A DNA stretch of 64,000 bases from NCBI GenBank assembly GCA_973895155.1, contig OZ316894.1, forward strand, positions 7,650,234-7,714,233. Reading direction: 5' to 3'. The notes under the pieces were generated by a model that searched no databases, was not told the DNA's origin, and was given only the letters and a program-made list of their open reading frames with translations. The DNA comes from Marsupella aquatica. Taxonomy: Eukaryota; Plantae; Marchantiophyta. Position numbers and translations under genes: made by a program. Below are positions 25,173-37,075 of the stretch, one piece after another; position 1 is the first letter of the stretch, and each line of letters opens with the position of its first letter.

Positions 25173-26911
25173 TCAGCTTTATCAGAAACTCCAACCACAT
25201 AACAAGTGTCACACTGGTTCCCAGAGAGAAGTGTCGCTGGAGCGGGGAGATTCAATTCTGCTCGACATCGAGGAAGCAGCAGAGACGGGAGATGCATCTG
25301 GAAAGAGGCAAGCGACTTGGTGGTAACCGAGTATGATTGCCTCGCCTTTCAGGTCTGCTGTCGTCTCCAACCTTGGCTCCGCAGTGAGCACTGGCAGGAG
25401 CAGAGCACGTAGTGCCGTGGTTGGCTCGTCTTTAACCTCGTACATTCGTGGCGTTCCCGCATTGGAGAAGCCGTTTGATCTTAGGGAAATGCCCAGCGCT
25501 CCAACAATATATGAAATGCGATGAAGCCCGTAACTATTCGTCGACACTCTCTCTGAACACCAATCATTGACGGAACCAAAGCATCATTTGCCAATGGCTC
25601 CTTCTCTATTAAAGTATATGTGAGGTTTCTTGTGAATGCACCATGAAGGACTAAGCTCAAGCATCTCTACGAGCGGATTCGCCGAATAAATAACCCCTTG
25701 CCATTTATGCAATTTCCTGTAATAATTCTGATAACAAATTCTGAAGCGTTACTAAGCAGTTGCTCTAAATGAAGGCCCTAGGAAACTCCAATCACAGAAC
25801 AAACGTGACTTTCGTCGGCAAACCAAACACCGGAAGTGCTCTGAAAGAAGGCCCGTTTGTCGAGGAAGAGTGCGGACGGGGTTCATCCTGTTTAGATTTT
25901 GGTCGGTTACTTCTAGTGCTCATACATTGCAATGGTAGCGCTGATGAGCTCATTTTGGTGCTCGTTCCTTTACTAGGTTTGATGAAGTTTTTAGCGTTAA
26001 TGCTATTTTCCTTTACAAGGTTCGATGAAGTTTAGGGTTAATGCTGTTTAGATTAAATTGGCCACCTCTTGAGGGAAGTGGGGACCACTTGTGGGCCACC
26101 TGTGGGGACCACTTGTGGGGAGCACCTGTAGGGTGCCCTCTGCCTTACAGCAAGGCAACCCCAAGGTGTCACATACGGAGCCGGAGTAGCAGCTACTCCG
26201 TTGGCCCCGCACCCTGGAGAAGATTAGACTGTGTCAATGTTGATCGTCCCCTAACCAGAAGAACTGATTAGAGCGGGGATTACATATGATCTCAGCCAAA
26301 TGGGAGAAGGGGGCACTCTCTATTTAAACCACAGCTGCCAGTATAAGAGGCTACGGGTTACCCGTAGCCTCTCATTATACACAGAGGCAAGTCGCATTTC
26401 GCTAGGATCCGGAAAAAACGGAGGCACGCGGGCAGGATTGCCTTGGGGCAGCCCGGCTAGACAGCCGGGCTTCGCAGGCCTTCTTACCGGGTTGATACAT
26501 GTTTAGATACAGATGGGTCCGCAAATACAGGCATGACGTTTAGATAGCACATTGGTTGCATCGTCCCCTGCGAATCGAGACGTCGTGAGTTCAAAACTCT
26601 GCTTATTTTGGCTCTACGCTTGTGCGAAGGCCTTTGGCCAGGACGGGGTGGATGGGCAAGGAGATTCCCTGAGCAGGAGGGGGTCGGTGAAGTCTCCGAA
26701 CTCACCAAACACCTGGTGACCTTGGCAGGATCAACGACACTTGGCGAGGGGAGGGCTGGCGCTTATGTGAGAGGGTGAGAGTTGATGGCCGCGCCGCAAG
26801 GAATGCCCAGGAAAGGAAAGCAAGCACTGGCATGACGGACACCAGGTGGAGAGAGCTTTTCTAAACTAAATAAATGGTCATATACTACTGGATTCCGATT
26901 TCAGTCGAACA

Positions 26912-26983
26912 GCCCGCATGGCTCTACTGGTTGTGGCCCTCTTTGGAGCGCAGGAGATCCTGGGATCGAGCCTCAGCGGCGCC
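26912..26983 (+). other. Degenerate tRNA-like / SINE-head-like segment
   Basis: A-box-like tggctctactgg and B-box-like ggatcgagcc at tRNA-like spacing; no convincing cloverleaf. Confidence 0.3.
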
Positions 26984-27302
26984 GATGGTTGCGCGGCCCT
27001 TTCTTTTTGAATCTTGTCACTTACGGGAGAGCGGAGGTAGGTGGAAGGACCAGGGTGCCTCCTGCACTACCCTTGGCTGAAGCTGGCGCTGCGCTTCAGT
27101 ATGAATACAAGTACTTACTCACAATTTCCGAACAGTCCGGACGACTTCTTGGTAGTGCGTTTCCTTTGCGGGTGAGAGGTGCCGAGTTCAACGTCGGCAG
27201 GCGTTGTTGCATACGCGTTACATTTTGTGGCGCACAAGGTGCAAAGGATTGTGCACTACACAGCCGAAAGGAATGTGCCTAGTAGTATTGAAAGGAACGT
27301 GT

Positions 27303-27390
27303 GTCGAAAGGTCCAACGTGTGCTACAGTCGAAAGGTCCAACGTGCGCTACAGTCGAAAGGTCCAACGTGCGCTACAGTCGAAAGGAACG
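27303..27390. repeat. 25-bp minisatellite (about 3.5 copies)
   Basis: gtcgaaaggtccaacgtgygctaca repeated. Confidence 0.9.
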
Positions 27391-27540
27391 TGAGTTACAT
27401 TTTACCGTCATTTCAATTGTAAGTGCATGGTCGGAAGTGGGGGAGGCTTTCAACATTTCAATTGTAAGTGCATGGTCGGAAGAGTGGAGGCTTTCGACAA
27501 TCTCCGTGTTTTTTAAATCATTTTTTTTTAAACTGACCGA

Positions 27541-28366
27541 CACTCATGAGTAGGGGGCTAGCTACATTAGTGTTTTGACAATTATCTGCTTTTTCTAAAT
27601 TGTGCAGAGTCACACTCATGAGTAGGGGGCAAGCTAGTATTTTGACAATTATCTGCTTTTTCTAAATTGTGCAGACTTGTAGAAGAAGGAGAGTCCTCTC
27701 GGCTCTCAACAATGTGACTGTGTTTTTAGAGAGAATTTGCGCTTGGTATGTGAGGAAGAGCTAAGATAAAGTATAATGGGGAGACCATGAGATAAAACCT
27801 ATATCAATTGGCCACAACATAAAAGGGGAATGAAGAGCGAATGATTGAATCCTTTACATTATTTATGCACTGGTCACTACATAGTTTTTGTTGCATGTTA
27901 TTATTTTTATATTCACATACTTTGCACACTTCTATGTTTGACATCTGTTTAGAGTCACACTCATGAGTAGGGGGCTAGCTACAGTAGTGTTTTGACAATT
28001 ATCTGCTTTTTCTAAATTGTGCAGAGTCACACTCATGAGTAGGGGGCTAGCTAGTGTTTTGACAATTATCTGCTTTTTCTAAATTGTGCAGACTTGTAGA
28101 AGAAGGAGAGTCCTCTCGGCTCTCAACAATGTGGCTGTGTTTTTAGAGAGAATTTGCGCTTGGTATGTGAGGAAGAGCTAAGATAAAGTATAATGGGGAG
28201 ACTATGAGATAAAACCTATATCAATTGGCCACAACATAAAAGGGGAATAAAGAGCGAATGATTGAATCCTTTACATTATTTATGCACTGGTCACTCTACA
28301 TAGTTTTTGTTGCATGTTATTATTTTTATATTCACATACTTTGCACACTTCTATGTTTGACATCTG
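27541..28366. repeat. ~418-bp near-identical tandem duplication directly upstream of the transposase ATG; each unit has an internal ~70-bp duplication
   Basis: cactcatgagtagggggctagctac...ctatgtttgacatctg at 27541-27947 and 27958-28366. Confidence 0.93.
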
Positions 28367-28425
28367 ACCTTTTTTCCAGCTCATGAGATTTTAGGCAAAT
28401 GCGGTAAAGACTATATTTGTGCACC

Positions 28426-31400
28426 ATGTCTACAAAGGATGACCCACGTCATCGTGTCTCAGACCAGCGGAAGCGGCCCCCTCAACGTGGTGGCCTTCCT
28501 CGGAAAAAATACCCTAGTGATGATATAGACTATAAGAGGCTTCGGAGACCGGATGCAAGGCCTGCAATCCGAGTCCCGCTTCACTTGTGGAGTGAATGGG
28601 AGGAATTGAGAGTTTTACTTGGTGATGAACATACTACACACTCAGCTGTCATTGAGTGGTTGTTTCATGAAGTGCGAGATAGGGTTGAGCATTTGAGGAC
28701 ATGGCAAGCAGCGCCCGCTAGAATGCTACAAGATGAACTTGCATTAGCGACAGACATTGGAGCATCGTCAACCTTTATGAATCCTAGGAGCAGTCAATGT
28801 TCAGAGGATCATTACCAGGATACAAATTTACATGATGTATGTTTAAATAGATAATTTTGTTATGTCTTTATATGTTTGTTTTTCATCTAGAACAGGCATA
28901 CAAGATTTTAATCTTTCTTGCAAATAAAATTTCCTTTTTTGAAACTTGTGCTGTCTTCGGGGCTGTCTTGGGATAAGTTTCTCTTGGGGTTTGTAGATGT
29001 GGACTTTTTCAAGCCCTATTTTCCAAAACAATAACCAGTCCATAATGCTATTACATGTGTGGCTACTTTTGACAGAGTCAACAATCTGTAACAAGTGATG
29101 CACAAGTGGAAGAGGAAGAGGAATTGCAAGAGCATATTGTTGAACAATATTCATCAGATGCAGAGGATGAAGCCATGTATCGAGATGAAGATACAACCGT
29201 TCATTATGCTTTAGGAGCTCCCATACATGAGGATGTTGTGGAGGAGGTGCAACAACTTACATTCCCTACACATTTCTTTTTTCAAAGCATACTCTATTTT
29301 CACATATCACACTTTGTGTGTTTATTTCAATTCTTCTAACTATGTAAATATTTGTATTGAACTAGGAGGATGTAGTCTTGGATTCTCAATCACCAGAACG
29401 ACCTGCCTTGCAACCATCAATAGTTACAAACTCACAATCAATACCACCTAGTACCTCTGACCCACCAGTTTCACGTAGGTCTCTACCTCGTCGACCAGCT
29501 ACAATAGCATTTTTTGAGCGACACTTAATTCATAATTTTGTTCAAAGACTACTTCCTAGGTGTCATATACCTGCATGTTCATTGACTCCTATTGTGGAGC
29601 GTATTGGAGAGTTGCAACAAGTGTGGTCTATTAGGATTAGTTGTGGGCAAGCTGGACATGGGTGGACGTTTGTGACTGGTGAGAATGAGTCGGGAAGGAA
29701 TTCACCATTGATTACTCCTATGCTATATCATTCCACTTTATGTGCTGGTCTTACATTTACAGCTCTAGCCGCATTGACATCACATTTAGGTTTGCATGTC
29801 CCTTCTGCAACCCATTGGCATGATTTTCAAAGTGGAAGACGACGACCTCAAGCAGGATGGATAGATGCTGTAAAGCAGCAATGGGAGGTAAACAAAAGTG
29901 AGGTGTGGGAAGATGTAAAAACTCGACTCCAGCAGCAATGTGCACCTCATGAAGGTTTGTAAATGAAACTATTATACAAGAAAATTAAGCTTATATATAA
30001 CTTAGTTAACTTGTTTCAATGAGGTTTGTACAACAAAAGCATGTTTTATTGTTATTTCGTAGTTTTGCTCTAACATGAACAACCTTTACACATTGGACTT
30101 TGATTGAATAAATTTTAGGTTTTTTGTGAATAATTTTATACCCAACATCATATATTCTTGGTTTTCTTGCAGATCCTGGACTAGTTGTGTTTCTAGATTG
30201 TCGTTGGGATTCTTCTCGGAGTGGGTATCATGGTACTTCTTCTATCATTGATAGCTACGATAATAGGGTCCTTCAGATGACCACTGTAAGTAGAAGAGAG
30301 GAGAGAAACTCTTGGTACATGGAAGAAATTGGGGCAAAGAGGGTACTAGATAGTCTCACGGATGCGGGAGTTGTTATAAAAGAGGTTATCCATGATGACA
30401 AAAGTACCATTGATAAAATCATTGAGGACATGGGATTTATAAACCAGAAGGACTTATGGCACAAGGCTAAAAATTTGGTGAGGAAATTTGTGGACAAGTT
30501 GGCAAGTGCCACATTTACCCTAACTGTTGACATAGACACTGTGACATCTCGCTCTGATTTGCAAGCAGTTACAAATAAAAAGTTGAAAGACTGGTTGAAG
30601 GATAGGGGTATTAGAGGTTACTCTAACTTGAGAAAGGAAGCGTTAATTCATCGAGTTGCGGATTTGCGTGGGCTTCCTGAGGAGGAGCTTGTACACATTG
30701 CCACCCGTGGTCTCAAGTTTCCAGAGTTAGCGGAGCATAATTTGGCAAGCAAATTTAAGACCTGGTTCTATGTGTGTTCAAGAACATGTAAAAACAGGTG
30801 TGCCATATTACAAAAGTATTGCACATTGCTTGAAATGCTACCTTGATTTATATAATCTTTGGAATACCTTGATAGATATTTTATAGATGAAAATTAATTT
30901 ATAGCTTGTTTATAAAAAAATTTCTCACTACTTTGCAATGCAGGAGTGGAGACAGTGAATCCTTGGCTTTTGAGTTAGGGAATTGTGCAGATCATTGGGC
31001 TGGTGACCATGAAAAGTGCATGACACTATCTGATCGGCCTTGTCAGCATCTTGGAGAATCTAATGCCTTACAATTGGACTTGTACTATGAGAGAGGTAAA
31101 ACAAATACTGTGCCACAAATATTCAATGATTTTGCATTGAGACAAATTCATATTATGTTTTGGATGTTGCATGACATAGTAATTATAAGATAAATAACCA
31201 GTTTTTCTTTTGGATGCAGATGGGGAAACTCACAAGGCCATGAAAGCTTTCATGACCAAGTACATAAAGCCAGAAAAAATGCGATTTTATACCATGGCTC
31301 GTGAGAACTTTATGTCTGAAACATTCCATTCTGTAATGGGCAAGTATGCCATAAAGCGTATTCATTTTCCAGCTACTCACGATGCGCGTTTATGTTGTAC

Positions 31401-31566
31401 TGCTATGGACTGGAATGAAAATATTAGGAGACATGTTTGGAAGGTTCGTGATCGTCGAGCAGTAAACACAGTTGTTCGTGATAGACCCTCTCGTTCACGA
31501 GTATTAGTGGATCGTACCACAAGTTGGAAGGAGCAAACAAGTCTACGTATCTATGGAGTACCTTAG
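28426..31566 (+). CDS. DDE transposase, Kolobok-like, 764 aa. Exons 28426-28836, 29076-29246, 29366-29954, 30173-30797, 30944-31095, 31220-31566
   Basis: Five GT-AG introns, all phase-compatible, no internal stops (2295 nt). Motifs: RCHIPAC...SCGQAGHGW (Zn-binding), VFLDCRWDSSRSGYHG (D1), EVIHDDKS (D2), QKDLWHKAK (DxxH), ADHWAGDHEKC, MSETFHSVMGKYAIKRIHF...ARLCCTAMDWNEN (E). Confidence 0.85.
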
Positions 31567-32491
31567 ACCTAAACCAACATATATGAGGTAATTATATTTT
31601 GCCTATACAATAACATTTGTTTTTGTTTAGAGACATTGGATTGAGGGTGGGTTAAATGACTAGATACCTCAGTTTTTATGTATGTTGACAAGTGGTCTAA
31701 TTGTTTCATGAATTGATTGTATGTTATAATTGCAGAGGGTTGTTTCTTTGAAGACATGCAAGTAAGACCTGGGGATGTTTTACTTCCATTATGTTGTAGG
31801 GGGCACTTGGATTTTTTAGTATTTAGCATGTAGAGCATTGTAACACACTGATGCAACTTTTGTCTCATAATATGAAAAGGTTTTACCTTTCCCACTATTT
31901 GTTTGTTATTGATTCCAAATTTGTTGAAGATATAAATTTTGTCCAATATAACAAAAATATGGTACATAAAACCCTAATTTGTACACACAATTGTTTGGTA
32001 AGTAACACAAATCTTCTATAGAGAAATAAAACACAAAATGTTATTATGATAAAACAGACTATGCTTTGAATGTGTGTATCCAAGGTTGGAGAACCAACCA
32101 TTCCCTAGACAAGCTTTTTCTTTTGGTATATGGGGTGTACTGCCAAACTAAAATGGATGAGAAAAGTTCATATGTGAAAAGTTTCCCAACAGAATACTCA
32201 CAACATAGGTACAATTGAGTTGACAATTACTCCCAAGGGGGTTTGAACCCCTTTTTGTTGCCATCCAACAGGAGTTCCAACCCTAAGGATAAGGAAGGAG
32301 GCACAGGCCAAAAAAATATTAAATATGCTATAACAAATAACCCAGATAAATCCTATACTTGACAGAGTTAAGAAACGCTGAAGAAAGAGATAAAGTAAAA
32401 GAGAAGAAAAGAGAAGCAAAAAGTTAAAAACACATAAAACAACCAAGTACAAACCCAACTCCAAAATATGAAGAACAAAGTATCAACCATG

Positions 32492-32864
32492 CTACTCGCC
32501 AAGTGTCTTCCAGGTGGCATGTATGGCAGATGTAAGATTCCCTGGAAGGGCTGTCGGTTCCAAGAATTTGGCAACTGATGCCAATTTCTCAGAAACAACA
32601 TGACGCTGACGAGAAGGAATGGCCTCAACATAAGACCAAGCCGCACACATGTGGAAGACTTCAGCATGCAATGGAGAATGAAGAGCAGCGTTGAGTTCAA
32701 CAAGGTTGTTGTCAATGGCCTCACAAAATGCTAAGAACTTTGCAACAATATCATCATGCCTCAAAAGAAGAGCCCTCCTTTTCTGAGGTGGAGTGACCGG
32801 CCATGTTAAACGATACAATCCCCCACCGTAGGATACCATCTCTGCAGGTCTATTTGGATCCTCC
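32492..32864 (-). CDS. KolX-like accessory protein, paralog 2 (main exon; N-terminal exon structure uncertain)
   Basis: Aligns by eye with paralog 1: DDIVAKFLAFC / DEIRSDFPEFC, MCAAWSYVEAIPSRQRHVVSEKLA / ICAAYSYVDSVMKRKRYQVYTHLA, LPGNLTSAIHATW / FPDAVEAVIKATW; T-rich tract plus TAG acceptor precedes 32864. Confidence 0.65.
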
Positions 32865-33463
32865 CTACACATGGTATGCCACAAAAAATAGCTGCAATTG
32901 GTAACAAATAATGAAAACAATGGATAGGTAATGCAGCAAAATATCATGAATAAGAATTGACAAAGCAAAGATGAAATGAACCTTAGATAATTCATGTTGC
33001 CCGAAACGAAGAAGGTTAGGTTGGAAACCAAGCTAAGTACAAGGAAGACTAAAACATATGCATACATATGCATACATAGAATGAAAAAACTTTGGAGTGA
33101 GAATGAGTAGAAATAATTTCATTACCACTTTGGGGTAAGATTGAGGACATGCTATGTTTAGAAGCAATAGCGACCAATCCTGCATTTACACAGGCCTTGG
33201 TTCTCACTTGACCCATACTTGGGGCTTACACAACCCTTGGCTCATACTTGGCCCATACTCAGCCCATACTCGGCCCATACTTTTGGCATGGAATAACTTA
33301 TTACACCTAGGGACCAAAAGAGGTGGATTTTATTATCACGTGTGTGAGCAAAATACTCCCAAGGGGATTTGAACCCCTTGTGCTGCCGACCAGCGAGAGT
33401 TCAATCCCAAAGAAGGGATTTATTTATATTATAAGTAAGCAAAGGACATTACAATATGATAGA

Positions 33464-34101
33464 CTAATATGGACGAAATCCTACAAATTCCTCATGTGGG
33501 TCATGCCATGTTGCTTTGATGACTGCTTCCACTGCATCTGGGAACTTTGTTCGCTCTGCATAACCACATACCCAAGCCAAGTGCGTGTACACTTGGTAGC
33601 GTTTCCGCTTCATCACACTATCCACATAACTATATGCAGCACAAATCAATATTTGTTCCAAAGGTACAACAGGATTGAGTGCATTGTGATATTGTGTGAC
33701 GACACGACAAAACTCAGGGAAATCAGATCGGATCTCGTCTAAGTTTGTCCTACGTTGGATGGGAGGAGCCTCGTGTTCAGCTTGGGCATTGTGCCAAAGC
33801 AATACAAAGGACCCATCATCGCATTGATTCAATGTGACCTTGGTCCTGTGCTTGTTGGCCATTGTTCGCGGACTGCCATAAAGAAAGTAGATGTTAGTCA
33901 AAGTCAAGGAGTGGAATGACATAACAACAATTTGAGGTAAAACAATTACCTCAAAGTATCACAACTCCTATGTTTGTTGCCAACTATCATCAATTGTTGT
34001 GAAGGTTTCATAAAAGGAACTGTCCAATAACGCCAATCTTTTTTGACATGTTGATTGCAAGCCATGACCAACGTGACGATCCTGGTTCCATCTTCTTCCA
34101 T
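33464..34101 (-). CDS. KolX-like / P2X7-ballast-like accessory protein, paralog 1, ~186 aa. Exons 34101-33950, 33872-33464
   Basis: Phase-2 GT-AG intron joins MEEDGTRIVTL...CDTL to SPRTMANKHR...; the C-terminus RYQVYTHLAWVCGYAERTKFPDAVEAVIKATWHDPHEEFVGFRPY fits the R..AY.....W..G...R..LP.C....IR..FP.P...Y.GF pattern. Confidence 0.65.
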
Positions 34102-36088
34102 TTGCAAGCACAAAACTCTGAAAAAGTAAACATTTCAACCAGAAGGTCACGATGATACTCTCTATAGTGGAACTCAAGCTATAGTAGTACAATAAAGGGG
34201 GACCAGTTGATGTGGAGTAAGAATGGAATCACCCAACCCTTGGGTGAGAACCTGAAATGGTCGTGAGGGTAAGCACCGAGTAGCCTTCCTCCTCCTCTCC
34301 CTCGGCACGCAAACTATCCCGGCACGCAAACTATCCTTCCTCTTCCTGAAATAGTTGTGAGGGTAGGACCAACTATCCTCCCTCCTCCTCTTCCCTCGGC
34401 CTCGGCGTCACGAATTGAGTTTGTACCTTTGAAAAAATATTTGGAGACAAGGTACAGTCAGAATTTTATCCAACAACGAGGGCTCGATGTCCCAACAAAT
34501 TTTGCTGTCGGTAGACACGATGATGTTGTCGACACTGCAGTTCAGCAGGCGCCGCAAGGAATCAAAAAGAAATTGAATTCACATGTAGCTGATGACAGTC
34601 CCTGGTGACAACACCATGAGTGGAACTAGTTCCAATTCAACTAAAACGCAGCCGAATGTAGTGAACGATGCCAATCCGAGTAGCAAGATTGATTGATCCA
34701 AAGAAATTTGGAAGAAAAAGGTGGCGACAACTTTCGGGAAGCAACTGTGTATGAGTGGAAAAGCTCAAGGGAGGGCTGGGCAACGGCAACAACTTTCGAG
34801 AAGCACTGTGTATGAGTGCAAAAGCTCAGGGAAGGTCTGGTCAGCGACGCGCTACGTAATCACTCAAAAATGAGGGGAGAGATGGGCGTAAGCACTGGCT
34901 TCGTCAAGTGCTGTCGTCTGGACTACATTTTCACTCACACAGTTTCATGTGTCGGCCGAGCTCCCTGCTCTACATCCAGGTCCACCTCCTACTCCTTCAT
35001 ACGTTCATAAGGACAGACACTTGTGAGAGCAAGAGACATTGCCCAAAATTCCCACGAAGGAGCTCCCTGCTCAGTGAAAATTTCCGCGCCGATGATTCTG
35101 TCCGTGCAGCCTCGTCTTGTTTTCAAGCAGTTGTAGAGGATCGGCAGAATTGGAAAGATTCAAGTCGGCATGAAATTCTCAGTCGAGCAGAGTTATCGAG
35201 AGGCTGGAGGTCGCCGGAGGAGAGCAAAGAATCCTGTCAAAGGGCGTCATTATGGAGAGGGCTCGAACTTAGAAGCGAATGCGCAGCCCGAAGGTTGTGA
35301 GATGACAAACGAGCTGTTTGACGTCATACCAAACTGGATGAATTGACGCACAGGCAGCAATTGATGCACTTGGATTACAACATTAGGTATTAATTTATGA
35401 CGCGGTGCTCAGTGAAGCTCAACAAAAAGCTCTGGGAACGAACAATAGTCTAAATCTTGGTTTTAAACCCTTGGGAGGCTCTTGACCGGACTTGAACGTA
35501 TCTTATGAGTGAATCATAAGATCATAGAAGCTGTTCCAAATACATCAACCAGGCAGGATGGGGTCTCGGAATCCTAGAGTGATACGCCTATCCGAATCAG
35601 CTGGATGGCCAAGAGTCAAAGGAGGAGAAGAAGATGCAGTGTCGGTACTCGTGGTGCCAAATTGGAGTAGCTCATGTAGCTCATGGTCGATCGACTCACC
35701 TACTAATCGAAGGAAGGCAACATCTTCTCTAGGATCGAGTAGCTCATCGTCGACTGCTTATGGAATTGTGTAGAAACGAAGGTCCCAGATTTTCTGGGTG
35801 ACAGGCAACGCGAGGAATGATGACTGAACTTTTGATTGTAAGTTGCAGCTATGGAGATTCTACAGTACTGATGTGCAACGAAGAACACCACAGCCCAGCG
35901 TGAGCGTTGGAGGCAGCGTTGGAGAGGAATGAGGATCACTTGCCGGGTTGGAGAGGATTGCGGATCACTTGCCGGGCCGCGGAGCTATTCACCCGGGATC
36001 ACTATACATCCGGGCAGCAAACAATGATGAGCCGGGCAGACCACGGGCCCTTTTATACTGGCAGCTGTGGTTAGTACCTTAGGGAAGT

Positions 36089-36320
36089 GAGCTGACCACA
36101 GCCTCAACTTATGGTTTTTTCCTTACTAGCGCACTCGACAAAATGCTGACAATAGGCTTAACTTATAGTTTTTTCACTACCGTCTCTCGACAAAATGCTG
36201 AAAATAACCTGAACTTATGGTTTTTTCCAATCTCTCGACAAAAAGCTGAAAATACCCTGAACTTATGATCTTTTGATTACCAGCTCTAGAGAAAGAGCGG
36301 ACCATTAGTGAGAAAATTCA
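36089..36320 (-). repeat. Right long inverted repeat; contains TAGTG (CACTA on the minus strand) at 36306-36310
   Basis: Reverse complement of 24942-25172 with scattered mismatches. Confidence 0.9.
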
Positions 36321-37075
36321 GGTCTGGATCTGGAGCCGTCGTCGTCAATTTTGTCTCAAACAAATAAAGCAAACGAATAAACCGACTACTTGAGATCGCT
36401 GATAAGCTCGATGACATTCCCATTGTCAGATTTGTGTTGGGCAAAATAAGCCATCGTTACTTCCAAGATAAATCGTTGCCGGACTGGTGTCTCGTTCCCT
36501 TCAAATTCAGACGAAGAGCTCAGTTTCGGTTTCGTCTACAAACAAGTAAACCACCTACTTTAGATCCATGAAAAGTTCTTGGTCAATTCATCACAATTCT
36601 GTGTTGAAAATAACTCCAAGGAGAGTGGATCGAGGAAGAGCCAAGGGGAATATCGACCAAAGAACAAAATCAAATTTACAACAGACTTGCACGAGACTGT
36701 CACGTCGTTCCAAAGCGCATTTCATGATGATACAGGTTCGAACAGGGATGCCAATAAATTCTTCGCATCTAATCTTCTGTCGCATCACAGTCATGCGGTA
36801 CAGGTGACAAACCACATTAAAACCCAACTCAATTTCCCGCACCAGCTACATTTACTCGAGCTTCAGCTCGCACCACACTCTCGAGAGTTTAGCTTTGAGA
36901 AGGACCTCAAAAGGTACACTAAAGATGAAATGACGACCGCAATTCTAATCAACCTTGCATCTTCGCGATAATGACACCGCGATTCCGAAGGGAGACACTT
37001 AAAGCGGAGTCAATTGGTGCACGTTAGAAAGTACTACGTATTACTCGGAAGAGCTTAGCGGTAAGTGTGCTAGAG

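Larger units (their letters stand above)
24942..36320. mobile_element. ~11.4-kb DNA transposon, or nested composite, with long inverted repeats and a Kolobok-like DDE transposase plus two KolX-like genes
   Basis: 24942-25172 is the reverse complement of 36089-36320; an inner inverted pair lies at 26327-26350 / 36049-36072; internal transposase gene; many internal tandem repeats. Confidence 0.8.

Noticed and set aside
27303-27500. CRISPR-like array
   Set aside because: Head-to-tail repeats with no unique spacers, in a eukaryotic context with no cas genes
32865-33073. Hydrophobic N-terminus of the 193-aa ORF as a membrane protein
   Set aside because: T-rich intron-like sequence with a splice acceptor at 32864; homology to the paralog begins only downstream
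24952-36310. Calling the whole element a canonical CACTA transposon
   Set aside because: The left end reads CACGG, the 3-bp flanks differ (ttc vs aga), inverted homology extends beyond these pentamers, and the transposase lacks TnpD/Transposase_21-type motifs
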